A DNA stretch of 64,000 bases from an uncultured Planctomycetales bacterium (GTDB lineage Bacteria; Omnitrophota; Gorgyraeia; Zapsychrales; JAHFFX01). The notes under the pieces were generated by a model. It did not search any database and was not told where the DNA came from. It saw only the letters and a list, made by a program, of their open reading frames with translations. Below, one piece after another: positions 50,744-60,877 of this stretch. The first letter of the stretch is position 1. Every line of letters starts with the position of its first letter. A program made the position numbers and the translations under genes. The stretch is taken from positions 13,750-77,749 of the forward strand of contig CAZTCI010000006.1 in NCBI GenBank assembly GCA_964612665.1. The letters are read 5' to 3'.

Positions 50744-52365
50744 TGACACAAGATATTATTTCAAAAACCAAATCCTTAATTGACGGACTAAAAGGCACGT
50801 GCGCCAATTATGGTCTTGGTAATGATGGCAACGAATACAAGATCATTACGCAGGCATTTCTTTATAAGTTTATGAATGATAAGTTTAGCTATGAGGTCAA
50901 AGAGATTGAACCAAAGCTAAAGACCTCCGCGAATTGGGAACAGGAAGTTGCAAAATATTCTGATAAACAATATGACATGCTTCTTAAACGGATGGGTCCT
51001 GACAGTGCCAAGTTAAAAAGAGAGCATTTCTTATCTAATTTGCATAACAAACAAAATACTGAAGAATTTGCAAAACTTTTTGATGATACCTTGCGCGATA
51101 TAGCTATTTTTAATAATGAAATTTTTTCTGTCAAAACAGGCCGGGGAGCCAAGGTCACGTTGTTCGATGAATTAAGTAATTACATCACGGATAGTTCAAA
51201 ACGTGATGATTTTTGCCGCGCTATTGTCAATCAGCTCGTAAATTTTAGTTTTGAAAAGATTTTCTGTCAGAAGTTTGATTTCTTCTCGACGATATTTGAA
51301 TACCTAATTAAGGATTACAATAAAGATGGGGGAGGTAAATATGCGGAATACTATACCCCCCACGCTGTTGCAGAGATTATGGCTTCCATTTTGGTGGATA
51401 AGCAGGTCAAAAATGTCACCTGTTATGATCCTTCGGCGGGCTCGGGTCAATTGCTTATGAATCTTGCTCATGTGATAGGGGAGGATCGTTGCACGATTTA
51501 TTCGCAGGATATTTCACAGAAGTCATCCAGTATGTTGCGTTTGAATCTGATTTTAAATAATCTTGTCCACTCCATTCAGAATATCATTCAAGAAAACACA
51601 TTGCTTAATCCGTATCATAAGGTTGAAGACAAGTTGATGACGTTTGACTATATTGTTTCAAATCCGCCATTTAAGTTAGATTTTAGTGATTGGCGCAATG
51701 ATTTGGATACCAAGCAAAACCATAGTCGTTTTTTTGCCGGGATACCGAATATTCCCAATAAAGATAAAGACAAAATGGCTATTTATTTGCTCTTTATCCA
51801 GCATATTATCTTTTCACTTTCTTCTAAAGGGAAGGCTGCCATCGTTGTTCCCACAGGTTTCCTGACGGCTCAAAGTGGCATCGAGAAAAAGATTCGTGAG
51901 AAGTTGGTGGAAGAAAAGATGTTGCGTGGAGTGGTTTCAATGCCGAGCAATATTTTTGCGACTACCGGCACAAATGTTTCCATTTTATTTTTGGATAAAG
52001 CTAACACTAAGGGCGACATCGTTTTGATGGATGCTTCTAAACTAGGCGCCACGGTTAAGGAGGGCAAGAATCAAAAGACCCTGCTATCGGAAGAGGAAGA
52101 GAATCGCATTATTTCGATTTTTAATCAACATAAAGCTTCAGACGATTTTTCTGTAGTTGTGAGCTATGAGCAGATTAAAGAAAAGAATTATTCTTTCAGT
52201 GCCGGCCAGTATTTTGACATAAAGATTGAGTATGTTGATCTTACGCCTAAGCAGTTTGCCGCTAAAATGGACGGTTTCAAGCAGAATATCGATTCACTTT
52301 TTGTCCAAAGCGGAGCGTTGGAGAAAGTGATCAAAAAGCAATTAGATAAATTGAAACATGGATAA
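50743..52365 (+). CDS. hsdM: type I R-M N6-adenine DNA methyltransferase subunit
   Basis: Motif I DPSAGSGQLL; motif IV IVSNPPF; start overlaps the hsdR stop. Confidence 0.85.
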   Translation: MTQDIISKTKSLIDGLKGTCANYGLGNDGNEYKIITQAFLYKFMNDKFSYEVKEIEPKLKTSANWEQEVAKYSDKQYDMLLKRMGPDSAKLKREHFLSNLHNKQNTEEFAKLFDDTLRDIAIFNNEIFSVKTGRGAKVTLFDELSNYITDSSKRDDFCRAIVNQLVNFSFEKIFCQKFDFFSTIFEYLIKDYNKDGGGKYAEYYTPHAVAEIMASILVDKQVKNVTCYDPSAGSGQLLMNLAHVIGEDRCTIYSQDISQKSSSMLRLNLILNNLVHSIQNIIQENTLLNPYHKVEDKLMTFDYIVSNPPFKLDFSDWRNDLDTKQNHSRFFAGIPNIPNKDKDKMAIYLLFIQHIIFSLSSKGKAAIVVPTGFLTAQSGIEKKIREKLVEEKMLRGVVSMPSNIFATTGTNVSILFLDKANTKGDIVLMDASKLGATVKEGKNQKTLLSEEEENRIISIFNQHKASDDFSVVVSYEQIKEKNYSFSAGQYFDIKIEYVDLTPKQFAAKMDGFKQNIDSLFVQSGALEKVIKKQLDKLKHG

Positions 52366-53563
52366 GTTAAGAAAATATAAATTTAACGAACTATACACAA
52401 TGAGTTCCGGGATTTCTTCTAAACCTGAACAAGCTGGACACGGTTGCCCTTTCGTGTCTTTTAGTACTGTATTTAATAACTATTTTTTGCCAGATGCCTT
52501 GAATGAATTAATGGATACATCTGAGCAGGAACAAGAAAAGTATTCAATTCAAAAAGGCGACATTTTATTAACACGAACAAGTGAAACTATTGATGAGCTT
52601 GGGATGAGTTGCGTTGCCTTGAAAGATTACCCAAGAGCAACATTTAGTGGTTTTGTGAAAAGACTGCGCCCAACGCAAAAAGATATTACCTATGAGAAAT
52701 ACATGGGGTTTTATCTGCGTAATAAATTTTTTAGAAAGATAATGACTAACAACGCATTTATAACTCTGCGCGCCAGTCTGAATGAGGCAATTTTTTCTTA
52801 CATTAATCTTTACCTTCCAGATTATCAGACCCAAGTAAAGATTGGCGACTTTTTGCATCTTCTGAATAAGAAAATTGATCTCAATCAGCGCATCAATGCT
52901 GAGTTAGAGTCAATGGCAAAGACTTTGTATGATTATTGGTTTGTGCAGTTTGATTTTCCAGATAAAAACGGAAAACCATATAGGTCTAGCGGTGGAAAAA
53001 TGGTTTGGAATGAAGATTTGAAGAGGGATATCCCGTTTGGGTGGGAGGTTGGAAATTTAGAATTAGAATTTGAAGTAAAAAAAGGAGATCTAATCACCGA
53101 GAAAACAAAGGAAATCGGAACTGTGAAGGTTATTGCTGGCGGTATAGATTTTGCTTATTATCATTCAATATCAAATCGTGAGGAGAATACTATAACGGTT
53201 AGCGGTTCTGGAGCTAATGCAGGTTATGTAAACTTCTGGAGAGAGAAAATTTATGCGTCAGACTGTACGACAGTCAGGGGCAAATCTGATATTGAAACAA
53301 TTATTGCTTTTTATTATCTAAAATTAATCCAAAATCAAATTTACAGATATTCTCAAGGTTCAGCTCAACCTCACGTATATCCCACAGATATAAAGAAATT
53401 ACCTTACGTTTATGCTCCAAGAGAAATTTGTGGCTTAATTGAGCCGCTAGTAATCCCCTTAAATCAAAAAATTACAAATAATCTAATTGAAAATCAAGAA
53501 CTCGCGGAACTACGCGATTGGCTTCTCCCTATGCTCATGAACGGACAGGTTAAGGTGGCTTAA
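52358..53563 (+). CDS. hsdS: type I R-M specificity subunit (two target-recognition domains)
   Basis: Size, position overlapping the hsdM end, duplicated TRD-plus-conserved-helix architecture. Confidence 0.7.
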   Translation: MDKLRKYKFNELYTMSSGISSKPEQAGHGCPFVSFSTVFNNYFLPDALNELMDTSEQEQEKYSIQKGDILLTRTSETIDELGMSCVALKDYPRATFSGFVKRLRPTQKDITYEKYMGFYLRNKFFRKIMTNNAFITLRASLNEAIFSYINLYLPDYQTQVKIGDFLHLLNKKIDLNQRINAELESMAKTLYDYWFVQFDFPDKNGKPYRSSGGKMVWNEDLKRDIPFGWEVGNLELEFEVKKGDLITEKTKEIGTVKVIAGGIDFAYYHSISNREENTITVSGSGANAGYVNFWREKIYASDCTTVRGKSDIETIIAFYYLKLIQNQIYRYSQGSAQPHVYPTDIKKLPYVYAPREICGLIEPLVIPLNQKITNNLIENQELAELRDWLLPMLMNGQVKVA

Positions 53564-53604
53564 AGAGATTGTATATAATTTAGGACGGGTAATGGCTAGG
53601 ATTT

Positions 53605-54792
53605 ATGAATAGAAGCATTAGAAAATCGATAAGCGTCAACGAGATTGACTATCTACTGAAATTAAACGAAGTTCCCGAAGACAAATGCGCGCATTTAAAG
53701 CCTGCCCTATTTGAAGATCCCCGTTCTGAAAGAGTGTTTCTTTTAAAAGAAGAGATCAAAACCCTAGATGATTTAAGAACCGTTGTTAGTGGAATTGTAG
53801 AAAACCAGATAATCATTGAGTCAATTGTAAATGGTTTCGCTGTTTTTGATGATTTAAAAATCCCCGAAGGGATTAAGGATGCATTCTTGGGCACGGATAA
53901 AATTGCATTCTTTATAGGTGCGGGTGTTTCAAGATTATTGGGTATTCCATTGTGGGAAGCTTTGGCCAAAGATGTGATTTCCTATCTTAATGATAAGAAT
54001 TTGATCAATAAAGCGGAAGCGGATTACCTTAAGAATGATGTTGCTTCTCCTAGGCAGATTATTTCGATATTCCATCAGATTGTAAAAGATAAGAATGAAA
54101 GGGAGGCATTTTATAAAGATAAGTTAAAAAGGGACGATAAAGATCATGAGAATCCATATGAGGTGCTTTTTAAGTTTGAAAATGCAATTGCAAAACCTAT
54201 AACAAAAATTACTACAAATATTGATTCAGAATGGCAAAGCCTTTTGAAGGCGAAAGAAGATGATAGGTTGAGGGATAAAGATGAACAAGGAACAATAAAA
54301 AATCCTAAGGTTTTATTTGAGGGAATCATCGACAACGGATTTAAAAAAGGAATCAGGATAAATGACAGGGTTTTGTACCATATTCATGGAAGTTTCGACA
54401 ATTTTGATGAAGCGGTATTAACCACAGAAAACTATGTTAATTGTTATAACGATGAAGAAGGTTTGAAAGGTTTTTTAAGCGACGTTTTCAGGTCACACAC
54501 TGTTATTTTTTTTGGATCGGGTATGCAAGAATTTGAAATTCTGGTCCATTGTTTAGAACATTCTTCATCACAGCATTATGCATTAGTTGGAACAGGTCTA
54601 GGGCAAGAGAATTTATTTAGAATTAAGAAGGCATATTTTTCTAATATTAAAGTAAAAGCAATTCCGTATTATTTAGATTTTCAAGGCTATGAAAGATTAA
54701 CTATTCTTTTGAATTCATGGATAAAGGAAATCACGCTATTAAAAAGTCAGCAATTTTATGAAGGTATTCAAAGGATAGATGAGGTTTTATGA
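53605..54792 (+). CDS. SIR2-like (SIR2_2-type) protein, predicted NAD+-consuming effector
   Basis: Rossmann motif FFIGAGVSRLLGIPLWEAL; ITTNID (compare the TTNYD catalytic Asn motif); YHIHGSF...VLTTENY (catalytic His, HGS...T..Y); stop overlaps the start of the next gene (ATGA). Confidence 0.6.
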   Translation: MNRSIRKSISVNEIDYLLKLNEVPEDKCAHLKPALFEDPRSERVFLLKEEIKTLDDLRTVVSGIVENQIIIESIVNGFAVFDDLKIPEGIKDAFLGTDKIAFFIGAGVSRLLGIPLWEALAKDVISYLNDKNLINKAEADYLKNDVASPRQIISIFHQIVKDKNEREAFYKDKLKRDDKDHENPYEVLFKFENAIAKPITKITTNIDSEWQSLLKAKEDDRLRDKDEQGTIKNPKVLFEGIIDNGFKKGIRINDRVLYHIHGSFDNFDEAVLTTENYVNCYNDEEGLKGFLSDVFRSHTVIFFGSGMQEFEILVHCLEHSSSQHYALVGTGLGQENLFRIKKAYFSNIKVKAIPYYLDFQGYERLTILLNSWIKEITLLKSQQFYEGIQRIDEVL

Positions 54793-57700
54793 GTTTAGGT
54801 GATAAAGAAAAGGCTGTCATTGCCCAGATTGAAACTGATCAAAGTCAGAAGAATTATTTTTTTCAGAAAGTGAAAGACGTAAAATGGTTTTACTATCTGA
54901 AAGAAAGAAATTATTTTTCTCCAAATTCGATTCCCTATACAACAGATAATCGGGCAATGTTTTGGATTGTGCTGGATTATTTAGAGCGCGTTTCAGAACA
55001 GCTTGGTACAAACCCTGAATTTGGCAAAGAATTATTGGATATCATCAATGATGTCCTTATTCATTCGAGTCAAAGGAAAGTCAATAATTACCATATCTGG
55101 TGGTTTTTTGTAAAAATCCTTAACAATATTCCAAATTCAACTATAAGTAAATTTTTGCCGATTGATGATAAAAATATAAAGGGTGTAGTTAAACCCGGGT
55201 TCTTATCTTTATTAAATGATCTTTTGGACCCCTCACAAAGTAGTGAATTGGCCATTAGTGATGTTAGTGAAAAATTGCTTCCTAAGTTCTTGAGTGATGC
55301 TGCAATGACGCCTTATGCAGAGGCAATTATTGATTGCATTACTAGAATAAAAGCCAAAGGAGTTGTTAATTCTTTCACTAAAGAGGATGAGGTTGTTTTA
55401 GTTTGGAATGAATATTGGATTCTAAAAGCGTTTAATCAATACGCTAAATTGATAGGTACCAATTGTTCTAATGCTGCAATTTATTCCATTGCAGATCACC
55501 TTAAATCTGCGCTTCAATTTACGAGGAAAAGTTTTTACGTTAATTTAGAAATAGATAATTCTGAATATCAGATAAAAGTCGAAAGAGTTAAGAAAGAAGA
55601 CCCTAATCCGTTTGAGTTAAGATTTGAAGACCGTGTTTTTGTAGGTTCCTTTTTGCAGTACGGAGAAGATCAACTTAAAGGAATTGATGTTGAGAAGGAT
55701 TTTTGGTCTTTACATAAAATAGAACCTTCAAATGTTATCACTTCTGCGTTCACTTTCACCGCAGAAGACAAAAATAATTTTATTAAAAGAATTGAAGAGA
55801 ATTTACCGAAAGATATCAATTGGAAATCATCAGTTCATTATGAAAAGAGAATTAATGGTTTATTCGGAGGTATACATGAGGATTACTCAAGCGTTTGGTG
55901 TAAATCCTTATCAGATGGCCCGGAACATACCTCCGGTGCTGAAGAAGTATTAACGGTCGCTTTGAGGGATTCTTTAATAGGTAAGTGTGAAAATGATCCT
56001 GTGAATGCTAGATTGATTTTAAAAGATTTTCTTACATTAAAATATCCATTCCCAATTTTTAAGAAGTGCGCGTTGGTCTGCATGAATAAATTTTGGAATA
56101 ATTTCCAAGATTTTCTAATCGTATTTTTAAATGGACTTCCAAGTACCGCCCATTCTTCAAATTATGAGTCTGAATTTTATGATATCTTGAAAAATCATAA
56201 TCCTGAATTTACTCAAGAGATCAATGAAAGAGTCTTAAGTTTTATTAATGATGTGCCTGAACATTATGAGGATGAAGGGGAAGAAGCCAAAGCTCTTTGG
56301 AAATATAGATGGCTATCACCTCTTAAGGATAATCCGTTCTTTGCGGCTGCTTATAAGGAAAATGTGGTTAAGGCAAATTTAAAGGAAGACGTTCCTTTTA
56401 TTCCTGAACGATCATCCATGAGAGGTGGGTTTGTTAAACATGTTTCTCCGCTAACGGTTGAAGAGATAATGATACTTTTGGCTGAGAATAAATTGGTAGG
56501 CTATTTGAAAGAATATATAGGCGCTGATGAGTGGAGCGGATCATTTGAAGGTAAACCAGATAAGGAAGGGTTAAAAGAAACGCTTCGACAGGCAGTAAAG
56601 GAAAACCCTGAAAAATTCTGTGAAGCGCTTTCATTATTTAAAGACACTCATTATGAGTACGTAAATCAAATACTGTGGGGATTAAAGGACGTATGGAATG
56701 AAGGTAGGTACATAGGATGGGATAAGATTTTTGATTTTAGCTTAGACTATCTTAATAGAGGTAGCTTTACCGATGAAGCTAAACAAGCACAAGGTGAAGA
56801 TTATATCAAGGGTAGGCATCTATGGATAATTGACATAATTAGTGATTTGATTGAATCAGGATCAAGGAATGATGAAAAAGCCTTTGACCCTAAATTCTTT
56901 CCGAAAGTTTATCCATTATATGACCGCATGTATATGCTTGTTGAAGGTGGAAAGAATAATGATACGCAAAGAGATGCAGTGAATTATGCGATTAATACCT
57001 CTTTAGGCCATGTCACGGAGTCATTTATTATTTTCTCATTAAGGGTTGCCCGGGCAGAGAAGAAGGTGGAGGATAATTGGGGTCAGGGCAAGTATGAGCG
57101 ATTTATACAAAAGGGAGTTGAGGCCTATACCTTTTTAGGTAGATTTTTACCTCAATTTAATTTTTTAGATAAGGGATATACTAAAGCTAAGATTGATGAA
57201 CTGGCAAAGAGAAATCCTGATGATGCTGAATGGCTGGGCTTTATAGAGGGATATCTAACAGGTTCTGATCTTTATCTAGATCTTTATAAGTCAATGAGAG
57301 CGCATTATCTTAAAGTCATTGATCATAAAATGACCAACGAAAGAATTGATAATCAGATGGTAAGGCATTTGACATTAGGATATTTAAATGGAATTGAGGG
57401 GCTAGAGGACGAAGATAGTTTGTTTAAAAAAATGCTTGCTGATGCTTCAACCCAAGATAAGCGAAATAGATGGGAAGAAGCTGTAAGCTGTATGTGGTCA
57501 ATTTCTGAAAGATCATTAAGGGATGATTTGAAAAAGAAAGAGCCTAAAAAAGAATTTAAGAATAAAGTTTTGGAATTTTGGAGTTGGTTAAATGGGCCAA
57601 GCTGTTTTGCAAAAGAAAAGCTCGGTAATGACTATAATTCATTCCTTGGCAAATTGCTGCGTTTTACAATCTTCTTGGACAAGATTGATACGAACTCTGA

Positions 57701-58004
57701 AAATTGGTTATTGAATTCAGTGTCTCATGTCGAGCAATATGACACATTCTTTATTGAGTATTTAACTAAATTCAAAGATGATCAAAGTGTAAAGAGTATA
57801 GGTAATATTTATTTAAAACTTCTTGAGGCCACTACGCCCATTTACAAGGAAGAAGATATTAAAACGATTATTGAAAGGTTATATGAACTTGGCAAAAAAG
57901 ATGCGGATGTTAAAAAAGTAACCGATTCGATTGTTACCATTTACGGAAAGCGGAATGCCCATTTTCTGAAGCCACTCTGGTCAAAATACAATAATAAAAG
58001 TTAA
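54789..58004 (+). CDS. 1071-aa alpha-helical protein with no recognisable domain, translationally coupled to the SIR2-like gene
   Basis: Long ORF, AT-rich codon usage matching the island; helix-rich Lys/Glu/Asn/Tyr/Trp-rich sequence; no Walker A, nuclease or TM motif found by eye. Confidence 0.55.
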   Translation: MSLGDKEKAVIAQIETDQSQKNYFFQKVKDVKWFYYLKERNYFSPNSIPYTTDNRAMFWIVLDYLERVSEQLGTNPEFGKELLDIINDVLIHSSQRKVNNYHIWWFFVKILNNIPNSTISKFLPIDDKNIKGVVKPGFLSLLNDLLDPSQSSELAISDVSEKLLPKFLSDAAMTPYAEAIIDCITRIKAKGVVNSFTKEDEVVLVWNEYWILKAFNQYAKLIGTNCSNAAIYSIADHLKSALQFTRKSFYVNLEIDNSEYQIKVERVKKEDPNPFELRFEDRVFVGSFLQYGEDQLKGIDVEKDFWSLHKIEPSNVITSAFTFTAEDKNNFIKRIEENLPKDINWKSSVHYEKRINGLFGGIHEDYSSVWCKSLSDGPEHTSGAEEVLTVALRDSLIGKCENDPVNARLILKDFLTLKYPFPIFKKCALVCMNKFWNNFQDFLIVFLNGLPSTAHSSNYESEFYDILKNHNPEFTQEINERVLSFINDVPEHYEDEGEEAKALWKYRWLSPLKDNPFFAAAYKENVVKANLKEDVPFIPERSSMRGGFVKHVSPLTVEEIMILLAENKLVGYLKEYIGADEWSGSFEGKPDKEGLKETLRQAVKENPEKFCEALSLFKDTHYEYVNQILWGLKDVWNEGRYIGWDKIFDFSLDYLNRGSFTDEAKQAQGEDYIKGRHLWIIDIISDLIESGSRNDEKAFDPKFFPKVYPLYDRMYMLVEGGKNNDTQRDAVNYAINTSLGHVTESFIIFSLRVARAEKKVEDNWGQGKYERFIQKGVEAYTFLGRFLPQFNFLDKGYTKAKIDELAKRNPDDAEWLGFIEGYLTGSDLYLDLYKSMRAHYLKVIDHKMTNERIDNQMVRHLTLGYLNGIEGLEDEDSLFKKMLADASTQDKRNRWEEAVSCMWSISERSLRDDLKKKEPKKEFKNKVLEFWSWLNGPSCFAKEKLGNDYNSFLGKLLRFTIFLDKIDTNSENWLLNSVSHVEQYDTFFIEYLTKFKDDQSVKSIGNIYLKLLEATTPIYKEEDIKTIIERLYELGKKDADVKKVTDSIVTIYGKRNAHFLKPLWSKYNNKS

Positions 58005-58256
58005 GGGCGTTCACTAAAGCGATCACGCGCTACTTTTAATATATGTCCTTTTTCCTAAAAACTATGAAGAACGTCAGAGAGGCAGTTATTTATGATTTTA
58101 AGAGGTAACGGTTAAGTAACGATTAGGTAGCGATTAACAAAATAAAACTGATTTTAAATTAAACAAACTCATTTCCATGATAATATAAAATAATTCGATC
58201 TTATAAATTGGGAGAGTTGTTATTGAGCATTATTATTTATAATAAAATTTTATCAA

Positions 58257-58299
58257 ACCCCGTTGGGAATTTATAGAGCCCGTCGGGGTTTTGCTTTTT
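58257..58299 (+). terminator. terminator-like hairpin (CCCCG...CGGGG + TTTTGCTTTTTT)
   Basis: Read directly, downstream of the 1071-aa gene. Confidence 0.45.
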
Positions 58300-58362
58300 T
58301 AGAGGAACAACGTTAAGTCAGTCATAAGTGTAAAAATATCAGAAAAATACAGGGAGGAATAA

Positions 58363-58914
58363 ATGGACGCTCCATTTGGAAAAATGCTAAAGATCACAAG
58401 TATCGATTCAAAAACATTAATCGCAGAAGATAAATGGAAAATGGGTTTTTTGGGTAATGCTCCCATCGGATGGGAAGTGGGAGACAGAATAAGGCTTTCA
58501 GAAGCTACCAAGCTGGGCGGGAAACCCGGTTCAACAGACGCGTCAACATCACGTGTTCAAGTAGAAAATTTAGATAAAAAGAGTGCTGCAATCACTATGT
58601 ATTTTGAAGGCGCTACCACAATGGAAAAGTCTTTCAAATCTTCGGAACTACAACCATCTCTGCAAAAGAACATCCGTTTAGACAGGGAGGCTTACATAAA
58701 GAAGATTCTTTCCGGCAATATCATAATTGTCGAAGATTCGGAAGGCCGTCAAACTAAGTGGCAGATCGATATGTTAACAGCATCCAGCAACCGCGTTCAG
58801 TGGTATGAAGGAGATACTGTGGTTATTACAAAGGCAGTTACTCCCAAGAGGGTCAAGATTATAAATAAAGACCGGAATCAAGAGCTCGGCGCTATATTTA
58901 TTTCAGAAGAATAA
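58363..58914 (+). CDS. hypothetical protein (183 aa)
   Basis: Strong GGGAGG RBS; no motif recognised. Confidence 0.4.
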   Translation: MDAPFGKMLKITSIDSKTLIAEDKWKMGFLGNAPIGWEVGDRIRLSEATKLGGKPGSTDASTSRVQVENLDKKSAAITMYFEGATTMEKSFKSSELQPSLQKNIRLDREAYIKKILSGNIIIVEDSEGRQTKWQIDMLTASSNRVQWYEGDTVVITKAVTPKRVKIINKDRNQELGAIFISEE

Positions 58915-58915
58915 A

Positions 58916-60175
58916 ATGAAAATTCAAAAAGTAAAAATTAATCAAATTAATCCCGCTGCATATAATCCTCGTAAAGATTTGCAGCCCGGCGATGCCGAAT
59001 ATGAACAGCTTAAGAAAAGCATCAACACATTTGGTTATGTGGAACCATTGGTCTGGAATGAACGCACAGGGAATCTCGTCGGAGGCCACCAGCGGTTTAA
59101 GATTCTGCTCGAACAAGGCGCAAAGGAAGTCGAAGTCAGCGTCGTTGATCTGGATGATGAGAAGGAAAAATCACTCAATCTGGCCTTAAATAAGATTCAG
59201 GGCAAATGGGATATTGAAAAACTCGGAGAACTTCTGGAAGAATTGACCAAGAATCCCGACTTTGACAACCTGCTGACCGGTTTTGATCTGCCGGAAATAA
59301 GCCAGATATTCGATCAATTGGAGCAAATCAGGCAGGATAAATTCGATTTTGAGCGCGAAGTCAAGAAGATCAAGAACCCAAAAACTAAGCGGGGTGACCT
59401 TATCGAGCTTGGAGAGCATCGTATTTTATGCGGCGATTGCTCAAATCCGGAAGACATAGCAAATCTTTTTGGCAAAGAAAAGGCCGGGTTGATCCACACC
59501 GACCCGCCCTATAATGTCAATTACTACGGAGGCAACCGTCCAAGCGCCAAAGCGCGTCCCAAGAGTTCCAAACAATGGGACAGAATTTACAGCGATGACA
59601 TGACGCAGGAAGAATATGAAGCGTGGCTTAAGAAAGTTTTGACCAATGGTGCAAAATTTATTGATGAAGGCGCGGCCATTTACATATGGAACGGACACCG
59701 GCAATTTGGCCCGATGTATTTGATGCTTCTTGAAATGGGTTTTCACATCGGATGTGTAATCACATGGGCAAAGGAAAGATTCGCCATCACCTACGGGAAC
59801 TATCATCAGCAGACGGAATTCTGTTTATACGGCTGGAAGGAAAAGAACGGCGGGCATAAATGGTACGGCCCCAATAATGAATCGACCTTGTGGCAGGTCA
59901 GCCGCGATAACACCGGAGACTATATTCATCCGACGCAAAAGCCAATTGCGCTTGCCCATCGAGCCATTAAAAACAGTTCAAAACGAGGCGATATTGTTCT
60001 GGATATGTTTTTGGGATCGGGAACGACCCTCGTGGCTGCCGAAACTTTAAAAAGAAGATGCTTTGGAACTGAAATCGATCCGTCTTACTGCGATGGAATT
60101 GTTCTACGCTATGCTGAATTCGCCGGGAAAAATAAGATTTCTAAAGAAGTGTTATCCAAATATGGAATTGAATAA
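58916..60175 (+). CDS. ParB-like nuclease domain fused to a DNA (N6-adenine/N4-cytosine) methyltransferase, phage-type
   Basis: N-terminal ParB-like region (KVKINQINPAAYNPRK, GGHQR); MTase motif IV DPPY before motif I FLGSGTT (beta-class order). Confidence 0.8.
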   Translation: MKIQKVKINQINPAAYNPRKDLQPGDAEYEQLKKSINTFGYVEPLVWNERTGNLVGGHQRFKILLEQGAKEVEVSVVDLDDEKEKSLNLALNKIQGKWDIEKLGELLEELTKNPDFDNLLTGFDLPEISQIFDQLEQIRQDKFDFEREVKKIKNPKTKRGDLIELGEHRILCGDCSNPEDIANLFGKEKAGLIHTDPPYNVNYYGGNRPSAKARPKSSKQWDRIYSDDMTQEEYEAWLKKVLTNGAKFIDEGAAIYIWNGHRQFGPMYLMLLEMGFHIGCVITWAKERFAITYGNYHQQTEFCLYGWKEKNGGHKWYGPNNESTLWQVSRDNTGDYIHPTQKPIALAHRAIKNSSKRGDIVLDMFLGSGTTLVAAETLKRRCFGTEIDPSYCDGIVLRYAEFAGKNKISKEVLSKYGIE

Positions 60176-60190
60176 TGGAGGCAACAATTC

Positions 60191-60877
60191 ATGCCTGATA
60201 AAGAAGAACCTTTAGAAGAATCGCAATTGCCCGCGTTTCAAATTATTAAACAGATTAAAGAAGGAATCGTTGATCCTAAAAAGTTACCTCCGGATATACG
60301 TCAGGCATGTGTCGAGTGTTTGCTCATGCAATTTATGTCAATTCCTAAGATAGCACTTTTGATGAACGTAGATGATCGTACAATTCAGCGCGACAAGAAA
60401 GCGATTGATCAAAGAAATTCTCAAAAGCCATCGATAGATTACTCTTTGGAATTGATTGCCGAATTGAAACGAAAATCCGATGCAACACAAGAACAATTAA
60501 TGGAGTTGACGAGAGACAAGGATGGTTCTGTTCAAGAAAAAGGTCAAGCCTTGTTTTATTTGGGAAAACTTCTTCATGAACAAATAAAGTTGATGCAGAG
60601 TTTAGGATATCTGCCCGTACAACCGTTGAAAATTGAACAGACCATAAGTCAAGAAAGTGGCCGGGACGTTACTCAGTTAAAAATAGAATTGGCTGAAGCC
60701 GAAAAAGTGGCGAATGAAAGAGGTCGGGCCGATGATCCTGCCATTGCCGGATTGATAAAAGCTATCAAGCAGGAAATCGCCATCGCCGAAGCCAATAACA
60801 ATATGGATGAGTTAAAGAAACTCATTAGCCCGCCGCCAAAGGATGAAGGAACGTCTCATGATTCAGGCGGCCAATAA
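60191..60877 (+). CDS. putative terminase small subunit / HTH DNA-binding protein
   Basis: HTH-like segment IPKIALLMNVDDRTIQRD; position directly upstream of the large terminase. Confidence 0.4.
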   Translation: MPDKEEPLEESQLPAFQIIKQIKEGIVDPKKLPPDIRQACVECLLMQFMSIPKIALLMNVDDRTIQRDKKAIDQRNSQKPSIDYSLELIAELKRKSDATQEQLMELTRDKDGSVQEKGQALFYLGKLLHEQIKLMQSLGYLPVQPLKIEQTISQESGRDVTQLKIELAEAEKVANERGRADDPAIAGLIKAIKQEIAIAEANNNMDELKKLISPPPKDEGTSHDSGGQ

